Positions 16,920 through 23,965 are shown, counted from the stretch's first letter. The stretch is DNA of 64,000 nucleotides from a virus (IMGVR_UViG_3300021399_000004:96001-160000), one strand, 5' to 3'. The notes: generated from the sequence alone by a model not told the origin. Numbers and translations are program-made.

Positions 16920-17285
16920 TTACTGAGTATTTTCCTTCAACTTCTGCTTGGCAGCACGCTTGGCATTGTCGGCCGCAATTTTCGCCGCTTTCTTGGCGTC
17001 GGCTGCCGCCTTCTTCGCCTTCTTCTCTTCCATGTCAAGGCGGTACTCTTCGGCGGCGGCGTAGGCATCGTACTCAATGTAACCGCCCTGTCCGTCACGA
17101 GTACCACGGGGGATAGATACCTTGACAAGTGCAAACTTCTCATTCTGTGCGCTGTCAAGTACGGGGATGGCGATTTCGTTTCCGCTAACGTCAATAGCGT
17201 CTACGTCAAAGTGGGCGGCAAGCGCCTGGCGGATCACGTCAAGAACCTCATTGCGGATGGGGGTGTTCAGTTCTTCCTTGCTCAT
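16920..17285 (-). CDS. protein with Lys/Ala-rich (H1-like) C-terminal tail, paralogue family B (121 aa)
   Basis: ORF track. The tail is EEKKAKKAAADAKKAAKIAADNAKRAAKQK. It shares AAKIAAD(K/N)A(R/K)RAAK with 12548..12940. Confidence 0.6.
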   Translation of the reverse strand: MSKEELNTPIRNEVLDVIRQALAAHFDVDAIDVSGNEIAIPVLDSAQNEKFALVKVSIPRGTRDGQGGYIEYDAYAAAEEYRLDMEEKKAKKAAADAKKAAKIAADNAKRAAKQKLKENTQ

Positions 17286-17355
17286 ACGTTACTCCTTTTG
17301 GTTTAGAGTTTTCCTTCTCTCATCGTGTACAGTATACCATAGTTAGAAAGAAAAG

Positions 17356-17505
17356 TCAAGGGGTATCGTCGCAAAAGCTGGTGAAAATTCCAAAGATACC
17401 CAGCATTATAAATGCAAGCACGCCGAAGATGGTGTCTCCAAAGATTGCAAATGCGGCCAATAGTGCAACGATGATCCCAAAGATCAAGTACCCGATAGCG
17501 TTCAT
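17356..17505 (-). CDS. small membrane protein (49 aa)
   Basis: In-frame start MNAIGYLIFGIIVALLAAF after AAGGAGGAG, within ORF 17356..17562. The -35 of the next promoter overlaps its stop codon. Confidence 0.45.
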   Translation of the reverse strand: MNAIGYLIFGIIVALLAAFAIFGDTIFGVLAFIMLGIFGIFTSFCDDTP

Positions 17506-17569
17506 ACTTGACTCCTCCTTTATTTTCATGTATATTATAGCATAAAATTTTATAGTTGTCAAATAATTA

Positions 17570-17589
17570 TTAGATGTTTAAACATCTAA
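17570..17589. repeat. 20-bp palindrome, copy 18
   Basis: Centre TA. It lies 7 bp from the -35 TTGACA (17557-17562). Confidence 0.95.
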
Positions 17590-17631
17590 CTACTGCTGAT
17601 TAAAAAAAGAGGGCCGAAGCCCTCTTGTGGA

Positions 17632-17976
17632 TTACGCCTTGCGGCTATACAGGGTGGCGCCCTTGCTACCCTTGTCCGCAATCAGTTCGTCTACCCAATA
17701 GCGGGTCATGGCGTACTGCATCTTGCCCTTGGTGAAACCATCGGGCAGCTGGTCAGCAATGCTCTCATACAGCTCACTGACCGTTACGGGGCCAACAGCA
17801 TCCGCAAGACCATTCATCACGACATCATGCGCCTCAGCGTACAGCTCGCGATTCGCCTGCGCCTTGACGGCGTTCTTGTTCAGCTCAGCCTCCAGCTCAG
17901 CCTTGATTTCATCGAGGTTGGTCACAGTCTCGCCGTTGAGGTAGGAAACGAGGGACATCATGGTGGACTTCTTCAT
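17632..17976 (-). CDS. winged-helix-like protein, paralogue family A (114 aa)
   Basis: ORF track 17632..18081. The start MKKSTMMSL at 17976 follows the conserved leader. The C-terminus is VTVSELYESIADQLPDGFTKGKMQYAMTRYWVDELIADKG. Confidence 0.6.
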   Translation of the reverse strand: MKKSTMMSLVSYLNGETVTNLDEIKAELEAELNKNAVKAQANRELYAEAHDVVMNGLADAVGPVTVSELYESIADQLPDGFTKGKMQYAMTRYWVDELIADKGSKGATLYSRKA

Positions 17977-18096
17977 ATGGGGTTCTCCTTTGGTTTGTGA
18001 GGTTTTCCTTCCTCTATTTTTTCTGTCCCCTCTCTTGGGAACAATTGTATTATAGCAAAAGTCATAGTAAAAGTCAAGCAATAAATCAAGAAATAA

Positions 18097-18116
18097 TTAG
18101 ATGTTTAAACATCTAA
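18097..18116. repeat. 20-bp palindrome, copy 19
   Basis: Centre TA. It lies 19 bp from the -35 TTGACT (18072-18077). Confidence 0.95.
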
Positions 18117-18132
18117 CCTAAGAGAGAAAAGG

Positions 18133-18153
18133 GGCGGAGGTTAGCCCTCCGCC
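18133..18153 (-). terminator. GC hairpin with the stop codon in its loop
   Basis: GGCGGAGG-ttagc-CCTCCGCC. TAA occupies 18141-18143. Confidence 0.65.
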
Positions 18154-18902
18154 GTAGTAAATGAATATGTATCATTCTTTACATACTTTTTAATATATCG
18201 TCCTTTGATAACCTGTACTCCGTCAATTTTAATTGTGAAGGGTTTAATCTGTTGCCGTTTCAAAATCTTTTTTACTTCATAATCATGATTCCATTCTGCG
18301 CCACGTTTGATACATTCAAGCAAAATATTGCTTTCAATTTGTGCATCATACAGGCCCATGTGCTTTTCTATAAAATCATATTTGCTTTGGATATATTGAT
18401 ATACAGATTCAGCGCTGCCGCTATAATTGCCCGTATCTGTAAAGCGCTGATTTACTTCACAAAATTGCTTGTACTCGTCTGTATTTGTGATAAAAGCGCT
18501 TGCATAGCCCCAAATATCATGAATGGCTACCGTATCAAAAGGATTCATTGTTCTGAACCAATCACAATTATAGGTTAAGACTTTATCATCGAAAGTTGAG
18601 TTATAGGCATATGCATCAGTGATATTAAATGCTTTAATATCTCGTCTGATAGCTTGCATGATATAGCCCCACTTGTCCATGATCGCCAGCTTGCTTCTCA
18701 TTAGCGTGATATAGTCGGGGCGCTTGTCTTTATAATAGGCGCTTTCAAAAAGAGGGAGATTGTGCCAGACCTGTTCTACAATGTAATGCGCCTGCTTGAC
18801 CAGCTCATTCGATTCAGTATTGATTATTACATAACCAATATCATAGCAGAAGCATTTTTCGAGGCCGGTTGTCTCCGTGTCAAATACCATGATGAATCCC
18901 AT
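18141..18902 (-). CDS. DnaQ-like DEDDh 3'-5' exonuclease (253 aa)
   Basis: ORF track. It has VFDTETTG, AYNSTFDD and HMGLYDAQIE. It shares AYY(A/K)(E/D)KRP(R/D)Y with 9188..10198. Confidence 0.7.
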   Translation of the reverse strand: MGFIMVFDTETTGLEKCFCYDIGYVIINTESNELVKQAHYIVEQVWHNLPLFESAYYKDKRPDYITLMRSKLAIMDKWGYIMQAIRRDIKAFNITDAYAYNSTFDDKVLTYNCDWFRTMNPFDTVAIHDIWGYASAFITNTDEYKQFCEVNQRFTDTGNYSGSAESVYQYIQSKYDFIEKHMGLYDAQIESNILLECIKRGAEWNHDYEVKKILKRQQIKPFTIKIDGVQVIKGRYIKKYVKNDTYSFTTAEG

Positions 18903-18992
18903 ATTGTGTAGCTCCTTTCAAGTATATGGTTTTGGGGAACGGTAGTATTATAACATGACTAAAGATATGTGTCAATAGCCTGGAAGATTAAA

Positions 18993-19012
18993 TTAGATGT
19001 TTAAACATCTAA
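18993..19012. repeat. 20-bp palindrome, copy 20
   Basis: Centre TA. It lies 17 bp from the -35 TTGACA (18970-18975). Confidence 0.95.
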
Positions 19013-19035
19013 CTCTATGTTAAAGGCTGGGGTGG

Positions 19036-19233
19036 TTAATCCCAGTCTTCGTCGTCCGCGTTCAGTACAACATAACCATTGCAATCCTGCACATCGGTGA
19101 CACGCGGCCACAGCAATTCAAAATCATTGTAGTGCGGGCCATATCCCTCATTCTGCCAAAAGGTATCGGGGATCCGAACAATGCTGTCCTGGGGCAGCTT
19201 GAGCAGGGAAGCAATCAGTTCACGTACAGTCAT
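19036..19233 (-). CDS. hypothetical protein (65 aa)
   Basis: ORF track. Confidence 0.55.
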   Translation of the reverse strand: MTVRELIASLLKLPQDSIVRIPDTFWQNEGYGPHYNDFELLWPRVTDVQDCNGYVVLNADDEDWD

Positions 19234-19388
19234 CTTTTTTTACCTCTTTCTTTTTCTTTGTCGGGAGGGAGCGTGAGTCTCATCCACACTGTAGGCTTCC
19301 GAGGAATGCGTTTTCCCTCCCGACAATGGTATAATACCATATTACGGGAAAATTGTCAAGAGGTTTTTTGAACTCGGAAAAAGGCTGT

Positions 19389-19408
19389 TTAGATGTTCAA
19401 ACATCTAA
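19389..19408. repeat. 20-bp palindrome, copy 21
   Basis: Centre CA. It lies 29 bp from the -35 TTGACA (19354-19359). Confidence 0.95.
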
Positions 19409-19449
19409 CCTGGTAAAATGGAATGGGCGGCTTTTCGCCGCCCGGTATC

Positions 19450-19686
19450 TTATCGATAATAATTCTGATTGTAGCGCTCATAAGCGCTCATTTTGCGGTA
19501 TTCATTGTATTCCAGCTCACTAATTTCTTTGCCCTGGATAATGGCGCGGGTGTGCTTAACGCTGGGCATCCGCTTGGCCCTGTCCATAGCTTCCAGCAGG
19601 TTTTCAGCTTTGATGGCGAAGGTGATTTCAGTGCTGTGGCCAATGCCGCAATGCCCCCGGTGGCAAGTAACCTTGTAATACTTCAT
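19450..19686 (-). CDS. hypothetical protein (78 aa)
   Basis: ORF track. Confidence 0.55.
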   Translation of the reverse strand: MKYYKVTCHRGHCGIGHSTEITFAIKAENLLEAMDRAKRMPSVKHTRAIIQGKEISELEYNEYRKMSAYERYNQNYYR

Positions 19687-19780
19687 GGTTTTTTCTCCTT
19701 TCTTTCGGTGGGTTTCCTCTCACCGTGATTAGAGTATAACATAATGGAGGATAAAAGTCAATAGTGCATATTGAGTTCAT

Positions 19781-19800
19781 TTAGATGTTTGAACATCTAA
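19781..19800. repeat. 20-bp palindrome, copy 22
   Basis: Centre TG. It lies 19 bp from the -35 TTGACT (19756-19761). Confidence 0.95.
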
Positions 19801-19819
19801 CCTAAAGGAAACAAAAAGG

Positions 19820-19841
19820 GGCGGAGGTTTATCCCTCCGCC
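19820..19841 (-). terminator. GC hairpin with the stop codon in its loop
   Basis: GGCGGAGG-tttatc-CCTCCGCC. TAA occupies 19829-19831. Confidence 0.65.
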
Positions 19842-20134
19842 TCAATCTTTTTGATCTTATTTCGCAATTCATTAATCTGCTGGTTCAACGCTTTAATCTG
19901 TGCTTGCTTGAGTCTTTTTGCCCGTTCCTTTTCCCAAAAATCCCACGTCATAACGATTTTATAATCTACGTCATGCGTCAACACTTTTGCGCGGAACAGC
20001 GTCATCAAAGAACAGGCGTGATTTTCATGCAGAATGTTTTCAGCTTCTTTTAAGTTCATCGTGCCTTTTTCAAGGCGGGGCAGCAGCAGGGCCATGCCGT
20101 AGGCAACAGCGGGGTTATTGTTTTTCTCTACCAT
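19829..20134 (-). CDS. hypothetical protein (101 aa)
   Basis: ORF track, with a coiled-coil-like C-terminus. Confidence 0.55.
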   Translation of the reverse strand: MVEKNNNPAVAYGMALLLPRLEKGTMNLKEAENILHENHACSLMTLFRAKVLTHDVDYKIVMTWDFWEKERAKRLKQAQIKALNQQINELRNKIKKIEAEG

Positions 20135-20220
20135 CGTTCCAATCTCCTTTTATGTATTTTCTGGGAACGTCTATAATATAGCATAAAGTCATAAGATTGT
20201 CAAGACTTTTTTATGGCAGA

Positions 20221-20240
20221 TTAGATGTTCAAACATCTAA
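20221..20240. repeat. 20-bp palindrome, copy 23
   Basis: Centre CA. It lies 17 bp from the -35 TTGACA (20198-20203). Confidence 0.95.
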
Positions 20241-20261
20241 CTTGGAGAAGAATAAAAAAAG

Positions 20262-20283
20262 GGTGGAGGGTCACCCCTCCACC
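20262..20283 (-). terminator. GC hairpin with the stop codon in its loop
   Basis: GGTGGAGGG-tcac-CCCTCCACC. TGA occupies 20271-20273. Confidence 0.65.
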
Positions 20284-20549
20284 TTCTGAATCTCACCGGT
20301 AAAAATGTTGTAACGCTGACCGGTAGTGTACAGCTCTTTCGCCAGCTGATAGGTCAGACCACGTTCCTGCATGAACCACCGAATGTGGTTAATAGTAGTG
20401 CGGCTATACAGCCCGTTGCAATACAGCCACCCGTTAGAATCAATCTCAATTACAGTGGTGGTGTAGCTGACCAGCTTTCCGGAAAAGCCGTCATTGTTCA
20501 CGTACTCACGCGCCTGCGCATACTCGTGACCGTTCAGTTTCTTCATCAT
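20271..20549 (-). CDS. hypothetical protein (92 aa)
   Basis: ORF track. Confidence 0.55.
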   Translation of the reverse strand: MMKKLNGHEYAQAREYVNNDGFSGKLVSYTTTVIEIDSNGWLYCNGLYSRTTINHIRWFMQERGLTYQLAKELYTTGQRYNIFTGEIQKVEG

Positions 20550-20645
20550 TGTTGTGATCCTCCATTTTTTTATTCTGTACCTCTTTGGTACGGTTATATA
20601 TTAGCATATACGGTTAAAAAAGTCAATAGGATTTTTCGCCTGATT

Positions 20646-20665
20646 TTAGATGTTCAAACATCTAA
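20646..20665. repeat. 20-bp palindrome, copy 24
   Basis: Centre CA. It lies 19 bp from the -35 TTGACT (20621-20626). Confidence 0.95.
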
Positions 20666-20706
20666 AAGAGTTTAATAAAGAGTAGGCGCAAAGCCTACTC
20701 TTTTTA

Positions 20707-20871
20707 TTACTTAATGGCGCAATTGGTATGGCTGTAATGCAACCGCCAATTGAGATATTCGCAGCTGCAAGGGTCAAGAATGTCATCATACCCGCACTCT
20801 TCGGCGTCTTCCCACAGTTCGTCATACGTTACCAAGTTGCCCATCTCTTTGTTCATGTAGTAGAATTCCAT
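20707..20871 (-). CDS. hypothetical Cys-containing protein (54 aa)
   Basis: Hand translation gives MEFYYMNKEMGNLVTYDELWEDAEECGYDDILDPCSCEYLNWRLHYSHTNCAIK. The gene is 165 nt, with a cassette leader ending in GGAGG. The + strand ORF 20728..20931 is judged an antisense shadow. Confidence 0.4.
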   Translation of the reverse strand: MEFYYMNKEMGNLVTYDELWEDAEECGYDDILDPCSCEYLNWRLHYSHTNCAIK

Positions 20872-20950
20872 TGTAGTGACCTCCATTTTTTATTATCCCC
20901 TCGGGACGATTATAGTTTACCATACATATGATATATTGTCAAGATGGAAT

Positions 20951-20970
20951 TTAGATGTTTGAACATCTAA
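20951..20970. repeat. 20-bp palindrome, copy 25
   Basis: Centre TG. It lies 8 bp from the -35 TTGACA (20937-20942). Confidence 0.95.
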
Positions 20971-21061
20971 TAATGTTTTGGGTTTGTGGCGGAGGTATTT
21001 TATACTAAAATGTTTAAGTATATTAAAAATGAAATAGGAGGGAATACCCTCCTATTTCATC

Positions 21062-21364
21062 TTAGCAGTAGGCAAGGCTCATGTTCGCCCACTTGAGAAC
21101 CGAAATCTGATTGTGCTTGCGGCCGATCTCCATCGCCTGCCGCTTAGTCTTGACGCGGAAGCTGTGATCGATGTAGTAAACGCCGTCGCTGTACCAGATC
21201 CCGCAGCTGCCGTTCATCTTCTTTACAGCTTCCGCAGCTTCCGCAGCCGTCTTGCATTCAACCCCGTGATCGGCCACCTGCCAACCCGTCTTGTAGGTGA
21301 TGACCTTGCCGTTCTTCAGGGTGAGACCATCGTTGTTCTTGAGCGCCTTGAGCATTTCCAACAT
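21062..21364 (-). CDS. hypothetical protein (100 aa)
   Basis: ORF track. Confidence 0.55.
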   Translation of the reverse strand: MLEMLKALKNNDGLTLKNGKVITYKTGWQVADHGVECKTAAEAAEAVKKMNGSCGIWYSDGVYYIDHSFRVKTKRQAMEIGRKHNQISVLKWANMSLAYC

Positions 21365-21456
21365 TGTTGCATCCTCTTTTCTTTTTATTCTGTCCCTTCG
21401 GACAAGTATATATTACCATATAGCAAGCAAAAAGTCAAGGGCATTTTTGAGAGGAA

Positions 21457-21476
21457 TTAGATGTTTAAACATCTAA
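21457..21476. repeat. 20-bp palindrome, copy 26
   Basis: Centre TA. It lies 18 bp from the -35 TTGACT (21433-21438). Confidence 0.95.
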
Positions 21477-21508
21477 CATAAGGAAGGCCCTAACAGGGCC
21501 GTAGATAA

Positions 21509-21706
21509 TTAACAATTCCACTGGATATTGCCAGGCTCGAAAATCGCTACGATCTCGCCGGTGCCCTCACGCATGACGTCGGTAGCAAGGTTGCACTCAT
21601 GAAACATGCGGAAGGCCATGATCTTAGCGGCCCATTCGCTATTGAACTTGATACCATAGGTGAAGGGCTGCCGGTTGATGTAGTAAGTCACAGTGTACAT
21701 AATCAA
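21509..21706 (-). CDS. hypothetical protein (65 aa)
   Basis: ORF track. Confidence 0.5.
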   Translation of the reverse strand: MIMYTVTYYINRQPFTYGIKFNSEWAAKIMAFRMFHECNLATDVMREGTGEIVAIFEPGNIQWNC

Positions 21707-21777
21707 TGCCTCCTTTTCTTGGAACGATTATAGTATATCATACTTGTTTTTGTTTGTCAATAGGAAAATAAAAAAGA

Positions 21778-21797
21778 TTAGATGTTGAAACATCTAA
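21778..21797. repeat. 20-bp palindrome, copy 27
   Basis: Centre GA. It lies 17 bp from the -35 TTGACA (21755-21760). Confidence 0.95.
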
Positions 21798-21824
21798 CCC
21801 TGGAGAGAAAAAAGGTAAACCGCC

Positions 21825-21980
21825 TTAGCGGTCTACCTCAACAATGACGTATTTCCAAGTCCGGCCCAGTTGCTGCCCACGTTCCACATAATGCTTGCCA
21901 ATTTTCTCAGCTTCTTCGCGGGTAGAGAACGTATCGGCCATGTTGCACGTGTACTTGCCAATGATGTAAAGCTCGAACAT
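21825..21980 (-). CDS. hypothetical protein (51 aa), paralogue of 22427..22591
   Basis: Hand translation gives MFELYIIGKYTCNMADTFSTREEAEKIGKHYVERGQQLGRTWKYVIVEVDR. The gene is 156 nt. Confidence 0.4.
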   Translation of the reverse strand: MFELYIIGKYTCNMADTFSTREEAEKIGKHYVERGQQLGRTWKYVIVEVDR

Positions 21981-22065
21981 GTTGATTCCTTCCTTTCTGT
22001 TCCCTTTGGAACGATTACATTATAGCATACTTGTGAAGAAAAATCAAGTGGTTTGCACTATTTCA

Positions 22066-22085
22066 TTAGATGTTGAAACATCTAA
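22066..22085. repeat. 20-bp palindrome, copy 28
   Basis: Centre GA. It lies 18 bp from the -35 TTGATT (22042-22047). Confidence 0.95.
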
Positions 22086-22110
22086 CCTTGGTGGAGGATG
22101 GGCGGGCCGA

Positions 22111-22272
22111 TTAGCCCGCCATTTCCTTAACCCACGCCGCGGCGTCCTTCCAATTATCAAAGCTAAGCCGTCCAAAATCATAGTTGAATACTACCCATGT
22201 GCTATGCGAATCAAGGTCATCATAGTAATAGCCCATCTTTTCCATCCGTGCAATGATAGTCCGCTTTGCCAT
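22111..22272 (-). CDS. hypothetical protein (53 aa)
   Basis: Hand translation gives MAKRTIIARMEKMGYYYDDLDSHSTWVVFNYDFGRLSFDNWKDAAAWVKEMAG. The gene is 162 nt. Its stop lies in the loop of GGCGGGC-cgatta-GCCCGCC (22101-22120). Confidence 0.4.
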   Translation of the reverse strand: MAKRTIIARMEKMGYYYDDLDSHSTWVVFNYDFGRLSFDNWKDAAAWVKEMAG

Positions 22273-22378
22273 CGTACATTCTCCTTTCTTTATCCCCTTG
22301 GGACAATATCATTATATAGGATTTTAGTATGTTTGTCAATAGGCATTGTAAAAAAATTAATAGAAAATAAAATTAAGA

Positions 22379-22398
22379 TTAGATGTTTAAACATCTAA
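22379..22398. repeat. 20-bp palindrome, copy 29
   Basis: Centre TA. It lies 39 bp from the -35 TTGACA (22334-22339). Confidence 0.95.
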
Positions 22399-22426
22399 CC
22401 TTCAATTGTTAAAGTGTCTCCCGCGA

Positions 22427-22591
22427 TTAAGCGGGAGCGGAAAGAACGAAGTAATCCCAATCATGGCCCAGCTCGGTGCCCCGGTTAACGTACTGCTTGC
22501 CGGTGTTTTCAGCTTCTTCATTGGTGGAGAACTTACCAATCAAGTAGAAGCTATACTTGCTAACGATGTACAATCTGTAAATGGTGTCCAT
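22427..22591 (-). CDS. hypothetical protein (54 aa), paralogue of 21825..21980
   Basis: Hand translation gives MDTIYRLYIVSKYSFYLIGKFSTNEEAENTGKQYVNRGTELGHDWDYFVLSAPA. The gene is 165 nt. Its stop lies in the loop of CTCCCGC-gattaa-GCGGGAG (22418-22437). Confidence 0.4.
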   Translation of the reverse strand: MDTIYRLYIVSKYSFYLIGKFSTNEEAENTGKQYVNRGTELGHDWDYFVLSAPA

Positions 22592-22676
22592 ATGTTTTCC
22601 TTCCTTTCCGTTCCTCTTGGAACGTCTATATTATAGCATACTCGCAATTACTTGTCAACGTGTTTATGAAAATGAA

Positions 22677-22696
22677 TTAGATGTTCAAACATCTAA
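22677..22696. repeat. 20-bp palindrome, copy 30
   Basis: Centre CA. It lies 18 bp from the -35 TTGACA (22653-22658). Confidence 0.95.
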
Positions 22697-22707
22697 CTCT
22701 TGGAGGC

Positions 22708-22851
22708 TCACGCCTCCTCTTCTACCCGTTCAAAGTTATCACGGCAGAACGATTCATAGGAATCATACCACTTAGAGAAATATTTATACTGCTCATACAT
22801 TTCTTCTTCCGTAATGTATCTTTCCATTTCCCAATCATACCATTTAGCCAT
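22708..22851 (-). CDS. hypothetical protein (47 aa)
   Basis: Hand translation gives MAKWYDWEMERYITEEEMYEQYKYFSKWYDSYESFCRDNFERVEEEA. The gene is 144 nt. Its TGA lies in the loop of GGAGGC-tcac-GCCTCC (22702-22717). Confidence 0.4.
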   Translation of the reverse strand: MAKWYDWEMERYITEEEMYEQYKYFSKWYDSYESFCRDNFERVEEEA

Positions 22852-22940
22852 TTTCTTTTCCTCCTTTTTTGTTCGTTCCTTTGGAACAGTTATATTATAT
22901 CATGGTAGGATAGTCCTGTCAACAGAGTGAGAAAAATAAA

Positions 22941-22960
22941 TTAGATGTTCAAACATCTAA
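22941..22960. repeat. 20-bp palindrome, copy 31
   Basis: Centre CA. It lies 18 bp from the -35 TTGACA (22917-22922). Confidence 0.95.
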
Positions 22961-22976
22961 CAACGTTGGTGGGCCG

Positions 22977-23102
22977 TTAGGCCCACCGCATCAATTCATC
23001 AAATTCCTCAAAAGTCATGGGGTCGTCCTCATCAGTATTCGCCTGATACTCCCAGAACAGATAGATCTGCTCCGCGTCGGTCAGTTCATCCCAATTAATC
23101 AT
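22977..23102 (-). CDS. hypothetical acidic protein (41 aa)
   Basis: Hand translation gives MINWDELTDAEQIYLFWEYQANTDEDDPMTFEEFDELMRWA. The gene is 126 nt. Its TAA lies in the loop of GGTGGGCC-gtta-GGCCCACC (22968-22987). Confidence 0.4.
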   Translation of the reverse strand: MINWDELTDAEQIYLFWEYQANTDEDDPMTFEEFDELMRWA

Positions 23103-23196
23103 TTTTGTTTTCTCCTTCGTTTCTTTATTTTGTCCCTCCGGACAAGTATAGTATACTGTATGTTCAATAAAAAGTCAACATGAATTTTTCAGAGGA

Positions 23197-23216
23197 TTAG
23201 ATGTTTAAACATCTAA
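23197..23216. repeat. 20-bp palindrome, copy 32
   Basis: Centre TA. It lies 18 bp from the -35 TTGACT (23173-23178). Confidence 0.95.
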
Positions 23217-23359
23217 CTTTTGAAAAAAACGATGATAAGTTTCTTTGCTATTTTTTTACCGATAAGTCATGCGGAAGAAATAGCAGAAAGTACTGCCTGA
23301 TTTGATAGAAAAGTCATCACATTCAAATCTATTAAATAATTATTCTAGCTTGTCGGTGT

Positions 23360-23389
23360 CCAGCTGGCGCCCAGCTGGTGTCCAGCTGG
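23360..23389. repeat. three CCAGCTGG palindromes at an exact 11-bp period
   Basis: Copies lie at 23360-23367, 23371-23378 and 23382-23389. They sit inside the transcript of the cassette promoter at 23541-23546. Confidence 0.85.
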
Positions 23390-23564
23390 CTGGCCCGTAG
23401 GGCGCGAGTTGCGCCGCGGCGAGCCTCAAAAAATTTATAGGTAACTATGATAAACAGATCTTCTTGATTCTCTTTTTTAGGTGGTAGTTGGAGAGACATT
23501 GCCCCTCCAATGATGATAGTATACTACATTACACGTTCATTGTCAATCATGATAGCGTGGATAA

Positions 23565-23584
23565 TTAGATGTTCAAACATCTAA
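23565..23584. repeat. 20-bp palindrome, copy 33
   Basis: Centre CA. It lies 18 bp from the -35 TTGACA (23541-23546). Confidence 0.95.
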
Positions 23585-23653
23585 CTACCATGGGCATCCG
23601 GACATCTAACTACTGTTAGATGCGAAAAAAGGGGGGGCTTGCGCCCCTCCTTT

Positions 23654-23965
23654 TTACTTCATTGTTTTGAACCAGTAGTTTTCATTGGTGTTCCAGTAGT
23701 GCAGGCGGCACAGTCGGCTGTTCCAGCTCTTAACAATAGCGTCCGGCGGGCAATCCGTCAAGTGGCGGCTCAGCCCTTCACCGCAGGCAATCTCAACCTT
23801 GAGATAGAACCCTTCGGCGGTCTTACCCTCCCGCGTGATCTTTACCATGGGAGTGGCGCCGCGCCCGCCCTTCAAGTAGTAGTGGCGCGCGGTCTTTTCC
23901 AGCAGGCGAACCATGGTCAGCAGGTTGAAGTAGTCGGGAGCGAAGACGGCGATCAGAATCATCAT
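23654..23965 (-). CDS. hypothetical protein (103 aa), paralogue of 27744..28055
   Basis: ORF track 23654..24028. The start MMILIAVF follows GGAGG. The C-terminus HYWNTNENYWFKTMK resembles HAWNTNDDYWYETKAE in the paralogue. Confidence 0.55.
   Translation of the reverse strand: MMILIAVFAPDYFNLLTMVRLLEKTARHYYLKGGRGATPMVKITREGKTAEGFYLKVEIACGEGLSRHLTDCPPDAIVKSWNSRLCRLHYWNTNENYWFKTMK

Noticed and set aside
7012-23216. The GTTTAAAC core (a PmeI site) could mark restriction-modification-related sites.
   Set aside because: The central bases vary (TA, CA, TG, GA, AA, TT) while the flanking 9-bp arms are invariant. Selection is therefore on the arms, not on the 8-bp restriction site.
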